From Armatimonadota bacterium (GTDB lineage Bacteria; Armatimonadota; Hebobacteria; CAIYQO01): a stretch of DNA of 64,000 nucleotides. Below the pieces are notes generated by a model. That model saw only the letters and a list, made by a program, of their open reading frames with translations, did not search any database and was not told the DNA's origin. Location of the stretch: assembly GCA_020060775.1 (NCBI GenBank), contig JAGUZN010000398.1:2467-66466 (forward strand). Direction: 5' to 3'. The position numbers were made by a program, and so were the translations under genes. Of this stretch, positions 36,682-45,859 are shown piece after piece (within the stretch, counting starts at the first letter, position 1; each line of letters begins with the position of its first letter).

Positions 36682-37485
36682 ATGTCCTATCAGTTTCGCG
36701 ATCAGTCCTGGCCGATGCTCAAAGAGCACCTGGAAAAGGATTCGCTGTTAATTCTCCCCATCGGCACCACGGAGGAGCACGGGTTGCACCTGCCGGTGGA
36801 TACCGATGCGCGCATCGCCGAGGCCTACGGGCACAGCCTGGCCCAGGCGCTGGCGCCGGAAATTCCCGTGTTGCTGCTGGATACCATCCGCTACGGTTAT
36901 TCCATGCAGATCATGCGCCAGTGGCCGGGCACGATTGTGGTCCGCAGCCGGGTATTCATGGACATGGTCTTCGATGTCTGCCGTTCAGTGCTGGATATGG
37001 GCTTCACCAAGCTTGCCCTGCTCGACTGCCACGGCCACCATTCCGGGCCATTGAACACCATCTCCCGCGAGTTATGCGATGCCTGTGATAAGGCGATTGC
37101 CATCATCAGCCCGGCCGCGCTCTCGCGCGATGAGTATGTTGCCATTCGCAAGTCAAAGCAAGGCGGCAGCATCCATGCGGGCGAATGGGAAACTTCGCTC
37201 ATTCTACACATCAGCCCGGAAGTGGTGGATATGTCGAAGGCGACGGATATGGATATCATGCGCTACCACTCCGAATTTGTGGCGGGTGACGGTTTTTCAG
37301 GACGCCAGCGCGTGGTCTGGTCTACCTGGTATCTGCAATCCAGCACTACCGGTGCATACGGCGATCCAACGGTGGCGACCGCCGAGACCGGCAAACTGAT
37401 CCTGGATGCCGCCACCGCCAACGGTACACGATTCTTGCGAGAGTTCTGGCAGAAAAAGGATATGGTCACACTGGCTGGCCTCTAA
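36682..37485 (+). CDS. Creatininase-family amidohydrolase
   Basis: LLILPIGTTEEHGLHLPVDTD metal-binding N-terminal motif. 267 aa. Confidence 0.75.
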   Translation: MSYQFRDQSWPMLKEHLEKDSLLILPIGTTEEHGLHLPVDTDARIAEAYGHSLAQALAPEIPVLLLDTIRYGYSMQIMRQWPGTIVVRSRVFMDMVFDVCRSVLDMGFTKLALLDCHGHHSGPLNTISRELCDACDKAIAIISPAALSRDEYVAIRKSKQGGSIHAGEWETSLILHISPEVVDMSKATDMDIMRYHSEFVAGDGFSGRQRVVWSTWYLQSSTTGAYGDPTVATAETGKLILDAATANGTRFLREFWQKKDMVTLAGL

Positions 37486-37498
37486 AGGGCTTGCATTA

Positions 37499-37526
37499 TG
37501 GTGGGAGGGCGATCGCTCTCCCACCA
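37499..37526. promoter_or_regulatory. 28-bp near-perfect palindrome TGGTGGGAGGGCGATCGCTCTCCCACCA (one mismatch) directly after the creatininase-family stop
   Basis: Read from the sequence. Contains a GCGATCGC core. No flanking T-tract. Confidence 0.35.
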
Positions 37527-37552
37527 AATTTGAAAATAACCTATAAAATAGA

Positions 37553-37581
37553 TTGACCCCACCGGAGACCCGTGCTACCAT
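37553..37581 (+). promoter_or_regulatory. Sigma70-like promoter (TTGACC, 17 nt spacer, TACCAT) upstream of the GH95-like gene
   Basis: Hexamers and spacing read from the sequence. Confidence 0.3.
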
Positions 37582-37721
37582 GCGCACGTTGGCCTGGCCG
37601 TCTTTCGTCAATGGACACCCCTCCTTGGTGATTGACCGCCTCCAACACCGTACCACAGAACAACACTGCTTCTCCCCCTGCCGGGGAACACACACCCACC
37701 ACTGCCGTGGAGGAACCTCGA

Positions 37722-40220
37722 ATGGCACATGAGACCCTCACCGATCCCTGGATACGTTCCGACGAGCTTGGCATACTATCGTCAGATGTCAACCAGGTGC
37801 TCTCTGACCGGTGGAATCGCTTCACCATGGACCCCCTCACCTATCTGGAGGCGCATCACCACCTTCAGTACGATGATCCGCAAGCCCGCTGGGTGAACGG
37901 ATTGCCGATGGGCAATGGCGATCTGGGCGTTATGATGTACGGGCCGCCCGACGCGACGACATTCTGTTTCGGCAAAACCGATCTATGGGATTACACGCCC
38001 TTCGGCGAATCATCCTTTCCGTCGGTCGAGTTTCCGGAGTTCCGCCGCATTCTCGCCGAACAGGATGCGGAAGCATTCGATGACCTATGCAATCACAGTA
38101 AAGATCGCTCATTCCAACAGATTACCGCCAAGCATGGCGGGTTACTCCGCTTCGAGCTCTTCCCGAACGCGCTGGCCATGAGTTTCAAGCAACGCCTCTC
38201 GCTCGCTCACGCGGAGACCGTCCAATCATGGATCCCGATCGGCGATCGTAAAGCGAGTGAACGCGGGTTCGAAAATGTTGGCAGCACCGTGACCGTCACC
38301 TCGTTTGTGCATGCGGCACGCAACGTTTTCGTCGCGCATATTGCACCTGATGCAGGTGTACGCTGGCACACGGATTTGCACTTCTCACTCTGGCGGTATC
38401 ATGATACGGACATGGCCGCACCTGAACACCAGATCGAGGGCAATCGTTTTTGGGTGCAGCAAGAATTACCTGGCGGTGTGCAACTGGTACTGATGGGCGT
38501 CTTTGATGCGGATGGACTATGCCTGGAAACGCACGGCGGAAAGATCCACGGTTCAGGCCTCTCTTCCCGGCACGAAGTGACCTGCTACGTCACGCTAGTG
38601 ACCAGCAAAGATTGCGACGATCCGCTGGCACAGGCGCATGCCAATCTGGATGATGCACTGGCCGCTGGCTTCGATCACCTGCGCGCCACGCACCGGCAGT
38701 GGTGGCAGAATTTTTGGCAGCGGGGCTATATCAGCACACCATGGAGATCGGTCGAGTGGAGCTGGTATTATGCCCTCTATCTCCAAGCATCCATTTGCCG
38801 GCCCGGGCGCATGAGCCCCGGGTTGCAAGGCAACTGGGTGATGGAGAATTATCCGGCGTGGAATGCGGATTTCCACAACAACATCAATATGCAGATCCTC
38901 TATTGGGGACAGTATGCAGCCAATCGCCTGGAACTGGGCGAACCCTTTTACCGCCTGTTCTGGGATGTGCTGCCGCGAGTAACGGCCGATACGGAAAAGT
39001 ACTTCGGCATGCGCGGCGCGCGTTTCCCCATCTCCATGGGGCCAGATGGCGCGGAAACGTGCCCCGGTCCGCTGCTGTCCACCTACATCGGCGCCAGCGG
39101 ATGGCTCGCCCAGCACTACTGGTGGCATTACCAGTACAGCGGTGATCGGGAATTCTTGCGCCAGTACGCTTATCCAATGCTGAAGGCATGCGCCCTCTTC
39201 TACGAGGATTACCTGCAAGAGGATGCGGATGGCAAGTTATCTGCCTTTCCAACCATCTTCATGGAGGTGGACATTGGGCGCGTTGACGGCGCTGGCCGCG
39301 ATTCCAGCTGGGATTTGCCGGTCATCATTCGCACCTTCCAGATGGCGACGGAGGCTGCGTGCGCATTGGGCATCGATGCGGAGGAGCAGGGGCGTTGGAC
39401 ACAAATCCTGGAACATATTTCACCCATTCCGGCTGACGAGGATGGCGTATGGTTGGAGTTCGCCGACAAAGGTGGACTATGGCATCACTGGGACTGGCCA
39501 CGTTTCATGCCTATCTTCCCGATGGAGTTAGTCGGTGAGGATAGCGGGCCTGAGCTGTTACGCCAACAAGCCCGAGCCACGATTGAAGAGTATTTTCAGT
39601 ATCGTGGTGAGAAGGCTGGCAAGTCAGGAACTTTCCCGGGGGTAATGATGTCCGTGGCGTTTGCCCGCATGGGCGATGCCGAGCGCGCCATGGCGGCTGC
39701 ACACTCGGTGCGCGAAGATTTGAGCCCCTCTGGATTCGTCACTGGACACGACGCGTACTATATCCAGGTCGATGCGCCTCCTGGCATGAACGTTATGCTC
39801 AGTGAGATGCTGCTGCAAAGCTTCGACGGCGTGCTGCGCGTGTTCCCTGCCACCCCACCCTCGAATGAACCGGTACGGTTCCATTCGCTGCGGGCGCAGG
39901 GCGGTTTCCTGGTCACCGCCGAACGCCGTGAGCACCTCACACAGTACGTCATCGTGCAGAGCCTGTTCGGCAACACGCTGCGCCTACGCAATCCGTTCGT
40001 CAACGAACCGGATCGCGGTGTACAGGTCAAGGTGTATGAGTTGACCAACGAAACCTCGCTCAACACCGTCACCGAGCAGTCGCGTACGCGAACGTATCTC
40101 GATCATATCTACCTGCCCGGTAATGTGATCGAGTTCCCCACCAAGGCGGGATGCACATATTTGATCAGCAAGGAAATCCCCTGGATCAGCACCATCCCCA
40201 TCCAATCGGTGATGCCGTAA
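37722..40220 (+). CDS. Glycoside hydrolase family 95-like (alpha-L-fucosidase / alpha-L-galactosidase type)
   Basis: N-terminal block GLPMGNGDLGVMMYGPPDATTFCFGKTDLWDY matches the GH95 ALPxGNGxLGAM...NEDTLW signature. About 830 aa. GGAGGAAC SD before ATG 37722. Confidence 0.55.
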   Translation: MAHETLTDPWIRSDELGILSSDVNQVLSDRWNRFTMDPLTYLEAHHHLQYDDPQARWVNGLPMGNGDLGVMMYGPPDATTFCFGKTDLWDYTPFGESSFPSVEFPEFRRILAEQDAEAFDDLCNHSKDRSFQQITAKHGGLLRFELFPNALAMSFKQRLSLAHAETVQSWIPIGDRKASERGFENVGSTVTVTSFVHAARNVFVAHIAPDAGVRWHTDLHFSLWRYHDTDMAAPEHQIEGNRFWVQQELPGGVQLVLMGVFDADGLCLETHGGKIHGSGLSSRHEVTCYVTLVTSKDCDDPLAQAHANLDDALAAGFDHLRATHRQWWQNFWQRGYISTPWRSVEWSWYYALYLQASICRPGRMSPGLQGNWVMENYPAWNADFHNNINMQILYWGQYAANRLELGEPFYRLFWDVLPRVTADTEKYFGMRGARFPISMGPDGAETCPGPLLSTYIGASGWLAQHYWWHYQYSGDREFLRQYAYPMLKACALFYEDYLQEDADGKLSAFPTIFMEVDIGRVDGAGRDSSWDLPVIIRTFQMATEAACALGIDAEEQGRWTQILEHISPIPADEDGVWLEFADKGGLWHHWDWPRFMPIFPMELVGEDSGPELLRQQARATIEEYFQYRGEKAGKSGTFPGVMMSVAFARMGDAERAMAAAHSVREDLSPSGFVTGHDAYYIQVDAPPGMNVMLSEMLLQSFDGVLRVFPATPPSNEPVRFHSLRAQGGFLVTAERREHLTQYVIVQSLFGNTLRLRNPFVNEPDRGVQVKVYELTNETSLNTVTEQSRTRTYLDHIYLPGNVIEFPTKAGCTYLISKEIPWISTIPIQSVMP

Positions 40221-40281
40221 CATGGTGGTGAAGTCACACCGGAGCTGGCGTGCGCCAGCTCCGGTGTACCGATTCTGTCTG

Positions 40282-41490
40282 TTACGATGCGTTCTTACCG
40301 GCCACTTGGCGAAAGACCTCGGCATAGGCGGCTCCAACCTGGGGCCAGAGCAACGTTTGGCCATACTCCCAGTTTCTTCCGGCCATCGTCGCTCTCAGTT
40401 CCGGGTTGTCCAGTATCGTCAGCACGGCTTCGGCCAGGCCCTCTGCGTCAGCAGGCGGCACAAGAATGCCACGCCCATCATCCAGCAGATATCGCGCATG
40501 CAGGTACGGGGTAGACACCACGGGACACCCGCAGCCGATGGCATAGGCCAGTGTTCCGCTGGTCACCTGCTCCATGTTCAAATATGGCGTCACATAAATA
40601 TCGGATGCCAGCAGGTAATCAATAATGGACGCCTTCGTTTGATAGCCGTCCACAAAGCGCACGTGGTTCCCGACTCCGAGGTCCTCCGCCATCGTCTGCA
40701 GCATATGCCGGTACGCTTCCCCCTCTTTCTGGCGCATGGCCGGGTGCGTCTGCCCGATGATATAATAGAAGGCATCAGCATATTGCCCAACTATATGTGG
40801 CATTGCCCCGATCATATACTCCAGGCCTTTCGAGCGATTGAGCAATCCGAATGTGGACATGACGGTTTGTCCGTTCAGCCCAAGAACGGCCTTGCTCTCT
40901 TCTCCCGGTGCACGATGCGGCACCGGTGCACCATGATGGATAATATAGATTTTCGCCTCTTCACCGACGCCGTACGTCTGTTTTAAGATATCCCTTGCCA
41001 GGCCATTCATGGTCACAATGCCCTGTACACGATCAGCAATTTCACGTTGGACTCGCAACATAGTCGGTTCGGGATGCTGCAACAGCGTATGGAAAGTAAC
41101 GACAACCGGTATCTGCAGCGCATCCAATAAACGCAACACAAAGTCGGCATTATCACCCCCGTAAATGCCAAACTCGTGCTGCACGGAAATCACATCGGGA
41201 CGCAAACTATTCAGCAACCGTGCGGTGCGTTCATAATGTATTGGATCATCATCCTGAATCGTATCAATCACCCGCATATCATAAGAGAAATGTTCGCCCT
41301 CGCTCTCCATAGCGACTACGCGGCTGGCCACATCGGCTTGCTCAACCGCGCGAATCACATCATCCGTGTATGTCGCAATGCCGCACTCGCGCGGGACATA
41401 ACTGCTCACAAATACAGTGCGCACCGGCCCGGACTGTGACGAGTGCTGTATCATTCGCTTCATACGCTCTCCTTTCCCCGTTGTCAGCAA
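40282..41490 (-). CDS. Family 4 glycosyltransferase (GT4, GT-B fold)
   Basis: C-terminal E-x7-E-type region (YVTPYLNMEQVTSGTLAYAIGCGCPVVST...DDGRGILV). Confidence 0.8.
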   Translation of the reverse strand: MLTTGKGERMKRMIQHSSQSGPVRTVFVSSYVPRECGIATYTDDVIRAVEQADVASRVVAMESEGEHFSYDMRVIDTIQDDDPIHYERTARLLNSLRPDVISVQHEFGIYGGDNADFVLRLLDALQIPVVVTFHTLLQHPEPTMLRVQREIADRVQGIVTMNGLARDILKQTYGVGEEAKIYIIHHGAPVPHRAPGEESKAVLGLNGQTVMSTFGLLNRSKGLEYMIGAMPHIVGQYADAFYYIIGQTHPAMRQKEGEAYRHMLQTMAEDLGVGNHVRFVDGYQTKASIIDYLLASDIYVTPYLNMEQVTSGTLAYAIGCGCPVVSTPYLHARYLLDDGRGILVPPADAEGLAEAVLTILDNPELRATMAGRNWEYGQTLLWPQVGAAYAEVFRQVAGKNAS

Positions 41491-41694
41491 TGACGACCGG
41501 GGTGCTGAGTATCATGCCCGCTCCCGCGAAGGTAATCATTTTGTGAAGCGAACACCCGTGTCCTGCCGGGAATATTGACAGAATGCCCCAGCGTATTTCA
41601 CTGCACGATTAAGGATTCGCGTGCAGGTCGCCGATGATAGAGATGAGAGAATTCTCAACGCAATCACATGCGCCCATAGCAAAGGGGATCATCC

Positions 41695-42432
41695 ATGGTA
41701 GTCGATGCCGATATCCTGCGCCATTTTGCCATGCCGGATCTCGTACGGCCGATCATTGAAGCCGAATACTCAGGCGTCCGCGAAGCCTTGCAGCACGGAA
41801 AAACGCGCGAAGCCATTATTGAGATTGCTGAACGCGCCATCACGCTCACCGAGGCCAGTCTGCAGCGCGTGACGGAACTCGTGCAATCGGATACGCCGTT
41901 GGCCTGCCGTGCGGGCTGTTCATATTGCTGCCGTCACCTTGTGGTCGGCACCAGCGCGCCGGAAGTGTTCATCATCGCGCTGTATCTTACCAGTCCGCAT
42001 GCCGCGGTACCGTTGCCGGTGATCTGGCAACGCCTGGAAGAGCACGTATCGAAAACGCGCGGGGTCGTCAACCGCGACCGCGGCGGGGTGCGCATGGAAT
42101 GTCCCTTTTTGATCGAACATCAGTGCAGCATCTATCCCGTTCGGCCTCTGCTCTGCCGCGGATATAATTCGTATTCAATAGAAGAGTGTCGCGAACATCA
42201 CGACAGGTATCCCGAAGAGACAAAAGTGAGCAAGTGCGTGCCCTACTTCGAACTGCCGAAAGCGGTAGATACCGGCATGCGCATGGCGTTGGTGGAACTC
42301 GGATTGGGCGGTGCGGCCCCACTGGAATTGGTGGCGGCGGTTCGCATTGCGTTGCGCACGCCGGAGAACATGGATCGGTGGTTGGCTGGAGAGCCAATCT
42401 TCAAAGTCGCAGAGCTAAGCCTGGTAGCGTAG
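41695..42432 (+). CDS. YkgJ-family (UPF0153) CxxCxxCC zinc/iron-chelating protein
   Basis: ACRAGCSYCCRH plus a second Cys cluster (ECPFLIEHQCSIYPVRPLLCRGY). Confidence 0.7.
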   Translation: MVVDADILRHFAMPDLVRPIIEAEYSGVREALQHGKTREAIIEIAERAITLTEASLQRVTELVQSDTPLACRAGCSYCCRHLVVGTSAPEVFIIALYLTSPHAAVPLPVIWQRLEEHVSKTRGVVNRDRGGVRMECPFLIEHQCSIYPVRPLLCRGYNSYSIEECREHHDRYPEETKVSKCVPYFELPKAVDTGMRMALVELGLGGAAPLELVAAVRIALRTPENMDRWLAGEPIFKVAELSLVA

Positions 42433-42447
42433 GAGTCGCATATAGAC

Positions 42448-42490
42448 ACACAGACACCGCTGTCGAAGGGACTGCGGTGTCTGTGTTATC
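42448..42490. terminator. 13-bp stem-loop (ACACAGACACCGC / GCGGTGTCTGTGT) followed by TTAT; bidirectional terminator between ykgJ-like gene and rhaA
   Basis: Inverted repeat read from the sequence between the two convergent stop codons. Confidence 0.45.
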
Positions 42491-42510
42491 AGGAACTGGC
42501 GACTGGCGTA

Positions 42511-43776
42511 TTACACGCGCGCCAGACTGCGCTCGTACTGGCGGACATCGTTCAGCCAGGCCATGCCCACAGGCACGTCCTGCTGCAGGCAGTAGTATTC
42601 CCATACGGCGCTGAACGGGAGGGTTTTCAATTCTTCCAGCAGCGCAAGCCGGCCGGTGAAGTCGCCGGTCGACTCCAGTTCGCGCAGTGTGTCCGCGGGT
42701 TCCAGCAGGGCAATGAGTAGAGCCTTGACCATGCAGCGCGCGCCGATCACCCAGGCCGCTACACGGTTGATGCTGGCATCGAAGTAGTCGAGGCCGATAT
42801 GCACGCGCTCCAGGAAGCCGCCGCGGACGATCTCCTCCGCGATGGCGCGCAGATCGTCGGAGAGGATGACGACATGGTCGCTGTCCCAGCGGACGCCGCG
42901 GCTCACATGGAGCAACACCTCATCGACAAAGAGCAGTGACGAGGAGATTTTATCGGCAATCGTTTCGGTCGGATGGTAGTGGCCGGCATCGAGGCACAGG
43001 AGCTTGCCCTTGCGCATCGCATAACCCAGATAGAACTCATGCGAACCAGCGACATACGATTCCGAACCGATGCCAAAGAGTTTGCTCTCCACCGCATCGA
43101 GCAGAAATCGGGCGTCGATCTCTTCGGCAAAAATGGCATCGAGCGATTGCGTCAGCAACTCTCGCGGGGTCTTGCGATCGTATGGGATATCCTTATACCC
43201 GTCAGGGATCCAGACATTGGTCACGCAGGGTGTGCCAAGCACACGCCCGAACGCTTCGCCGATCTTGCGGCAGGCGATGCCGTGATTGACCCAGAACGTG
43301 CGGGTCGCCTCATCTCGACTGGTGAGGGTAAAACCATCACTGGCCAGCGGATGCGAGAAGAAAGAACCGTTAAAGTCCAGCCCGTGATTGTGCGCCTTCG
43401 CCCAGTCCATCCAGTTGGCGAAGTGCTCGGGAAGCAACTGATCGCGGTCGACTTTGACGCCGCCCGTTTCCGCGTAAATGGAATGGAGGTTGACGCGGTG
43501 CGTGCCGGGAATGAGGCTGAACGCTTTATCGAGGTCGGCGCGCAACTCGTCGGCGGTACGAGCCTTGCCGGGGTAGTTGCCGGTGGCCTGAATGCCGCCG
43601 CCGGATAATCCGTCGCTATTCTCAAAACCACCCACATCGTCACCCTGCCAGCAATGCAGTGAGATCGCGATGGTGTTGACAGTATTTAATGCCTGTTCCG
43701 TATCCACGCCGAGTTCGGCATACCGTTCACGCGCTAAGGCGTAGGCTTGTTCAATAGACGCATTGATAGACATCAT
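42511..43776 (-). CDS. rhaA: L-rhamnose isomerase
   Basis: Strong RhaA blocks: [15 protein letters not shown] and [23 protein letters not shown]. 421 aa. Confidence 0.9.
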   Translation of the reverse strand: MMSINASIEQAYALARERYAELGVDTEQALNTVNTIAISLHCWQGDDVGGFENSDGLSGGGIQATGNYPGKARTADELRADLDKAFSLIPGTHRVNLHSIYAETGGVKVDRDQLLPEHFANWMDWAKAHNHGLDFNGSFFSHPLASDGFTLTSRDEATRTFWVNHGIACRKIGEAFGRVLGTPCVTNVWIPDGYKDIPYDRKTPRELLTQSLDAIFAEEIDARFLLDAVESKLFGIGSESYVAGSHEFYLGYAMRKGKLLCLDAGHYHPTETIADKISSSLLFVDEVLLHVSRGVRWDSDHVVILSDDLRAIAEEIVRGGFLERVHIGLDYFDASINRVAAWVIGARCMVKALLIALLEPADTLRELESTGDFTGRLALLEELKTLPFSAVWEYYCLQQDVPVGMAWLNDVRQYERSLARV

Positions 43777-43870
43777 TCATCCTCCCGTAACGGATAGCAT
43801 CTTCGCCGCAGATCGCACCGTTCCCTGCCCATTCATTCAGATCGTCAGCAGCATGACGGTTCTTGCGTAC

Positions 43871-44704
43871 CTACTGAGGTGTTTTGAGGAGGGTGCAGGC
43901 GGCGACGAATTCCTGGCGGGCAAGTGTTAGGGGATCCTTATCCGTGCCTTCGGGGAGGAACTCGAGCATCGCCCACCCTGTATAACCTGTTTCGTCGAGA
44001 TGTGGTCTCCATGCGCGGTAATCGATCACTCCTTCCGTCAACGGAGCGCGGGTGAATTGCCCTTCAGTCGGAGTATAGTTCTGGAGATGCATATGGTCGC
44101 TCAACGGAAGCAGCGCCTGCAGGTCTTCACCCATTCTCGTACGGTAATGCTCCATGGGCCAGGGCAAGGGGACCTGATAGTTGAGATGAACGCAGGGGTG
44201 CTGCACACGTTCGATGAGCTGGCGTGCGGGTGCTGTTTCATCGGTAAGTGTGCCGGCATGACGTTCCACCACCAGCCGCAGTTGGCACTGTGCTGCCAGG
44301 TCACCCCATAGCCGCAAGGCGCTGATGACGCGGTCCCAAACGTCAGGGGTGGCCTCATGGCTCCACTGGTTGCCGGCCCACACGCGCATGCGACTGATGC
44401 CCAGGTCCTGCATGCGCGCAAAGGTATCCCCCACCCGCTCGGGCCCCCACTCGTCCACACCGGCGACGAGATAAGAGCCGTATGCCGGAATGGCGAGGTT
44501 CAGCGCTTCGGCGCGGGCACGCACACGAGCAACCTCGGTTGCCGAAGCATCAGCGGGGAGGTGCTCACGGCCCCAGAGTTCAACGCCACCTGTTCCTGTT
44601 TCCGCACAAACCGCTAACGCTTCATCCACCGGCATGGCGGCAAATGAGATCGTGCAAATGCCGACATCAACCATCCACTTTGCCTTTCCGTTTACGACAA
44701 CCAA
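43871..44704 (-). CDS. Sugar phosphate isomerase/epimerase (xylose-isomerase-like TIM barrel)
   Basis: N-terminal VGICTISF...GVELW pattern and the size typical of the AP-endonuclease-2 / xylose isomerase-like TIM family. Confidence 0.7.
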   Translation of the reverse strand: MVVVNGKAKWMVDVGICTISFAAMPVDEALAVCAETGTGGVELWGREHLPADASATEVARVRARAEALNLAIPAYGSYLVAGVDEWGPERVGDTFARMQDLGISRMRVWAGNQWSHEATPDVWDRVISALRLWGDLAAQCQLRLVVERHAGTLTDETAPARQLIERVQHPCVHLNYQVPLPWPMEHYRTRMGEDLQALLPLSDHMHLQNYTPTEGQFTRAPLTEGVIDYRAWRPHLDETGYTGWAMLEFLPEGTDKDPLTLARQEFVAACTLLKTPQ

Positions 44705-44707
44705 TTC

Positions 44708-45826
44708 TTATGCGAGCACTTCGCCCCAGATGTGGGGGTTTTGTTCGCGGCAGACTTCCAGGATCCGAATCGTTTCGCGTACGCTTTCGGGCGTGATGAT
44801 GAGGGGTTCAGCGTGACGGATAGCGGCGGCGACATTCGGGAAGAACTCCGGAGTTCCCGTCTGATCATCCGGCATCAGCGCTTCTTCACGCCAGGGCAGT
44901 TGATCATCGTTATCGTAGCGACGTTGCTGCGCCGGTCCATCCTGCAGAACAATCGGTGGAGCCGCAGTAGGATCGAAGTATTTCACGCGCAGCTGGTTCT
45001 CTTTATCGACGGTGAGGCTGCCGCAAGTGCCTACCACGATCCATCGCGTTTCCGGAATGATCGCCCGGCAGTTCGAGACTTCGACGTCGATCACGGTGCC
45101 GTTCTCACATTTCAACAAGGCTTTGAAGTGATCATCCGCATCCCCCGGGGTTACGGTGGTCTGCATATCGCTGAAAATCGCGGTCACGGGGCTGGCCGCC
45201 ACTTGCAGGCACTGATCGATGACGTGTGATCCCCAGACGTTATGCATGCCTCCGCCACGAGCACGTTTCATCACCCAATCGTTGCGGCGAAAGAACCCCG
45301 CGTGCGTCATGCGTATTTCTACCAGGCGACCGAGCATGCCAGAGTGGATAATCCGGCGGATGGTGCGGAAGACGGGACAGAAGCGGTACGGGTGGTAGGA
45401 AGTCAGCACCAGTCCTCGTTCACGTGCCAGAGTAATCAGTGCATCCGCTTCGGCGACACTCTGGCACATCGGTTTGTCAATGACCACATGCAACCCGTGC
45501 TGCAGGCACAGCAGACCTTCCGGGCCATGTCCACCGCTGGGCGTGGCAATAATCGCCAGTTCCGCATCAGATCTACCCAGTGCTTCTTCCAGGGTGGCGT
45601 AGGCCGGGCAGCCGATCACCACTTCCGCTTCACGTTGTCGCTCAGGCACCGGCTCAACAACACCGACGATGCGATACGCCGGGTTCGACTGAATAGCGGG
45701 ACGATGAATATCCCAGCCCGCGCGACCCAGGCCGGCGATGAGGGTGCGAATTGGGGCAGATTCTGTTGTCATATTAAGACCATCCTCGTATAGCATCCAG
45801 GTAGAACCAGGGGTAAACGCTCGCAA
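44708..45826 (-). CDS. Gfo/Idh/MocA-family oxidoreductase
   Basis: IRTLIAGLGRAGWDIH Rossmann N-terminus and the consensus C-terminal domain. Confidence 0.8.
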   Translation of the reverse strand: MRAFTPGSTWMLYEDGLNMTTESAPIRTLIAGLGRAGWDIHRPAIQSNPAYRIVGVVEPVPERQREAEVVIGCPAYATLEEALGRSDAELAIIATPSGGHGPEGLLCLQHGLHVVIDKPMCQSVAEADALITLARERGLVLTSYHPYRFCPVFRTIRRIIHSGMLGRLVEIRMTHAGFFRRNDWVMKRARGGGMHNVWGSHVIDQCLQVAASPVTAIFSDMQTTVTPGDADDHFKALLKCENGTVIDVEVSNCRAIIPETRWIVVGTCGSLTVDKENQLRVKYFDPTAAPPIVLQDGPAQQRRYDNDDQLPWREEALMPDDQTGTPEFFPNVAAAIRHAEPLIITPESVRETIRILEVCREQNPHIWGEVLA

Positions 45827-45859
45827 ACGATGTTCAGGCTACTTCGCGCTCCGCACACC

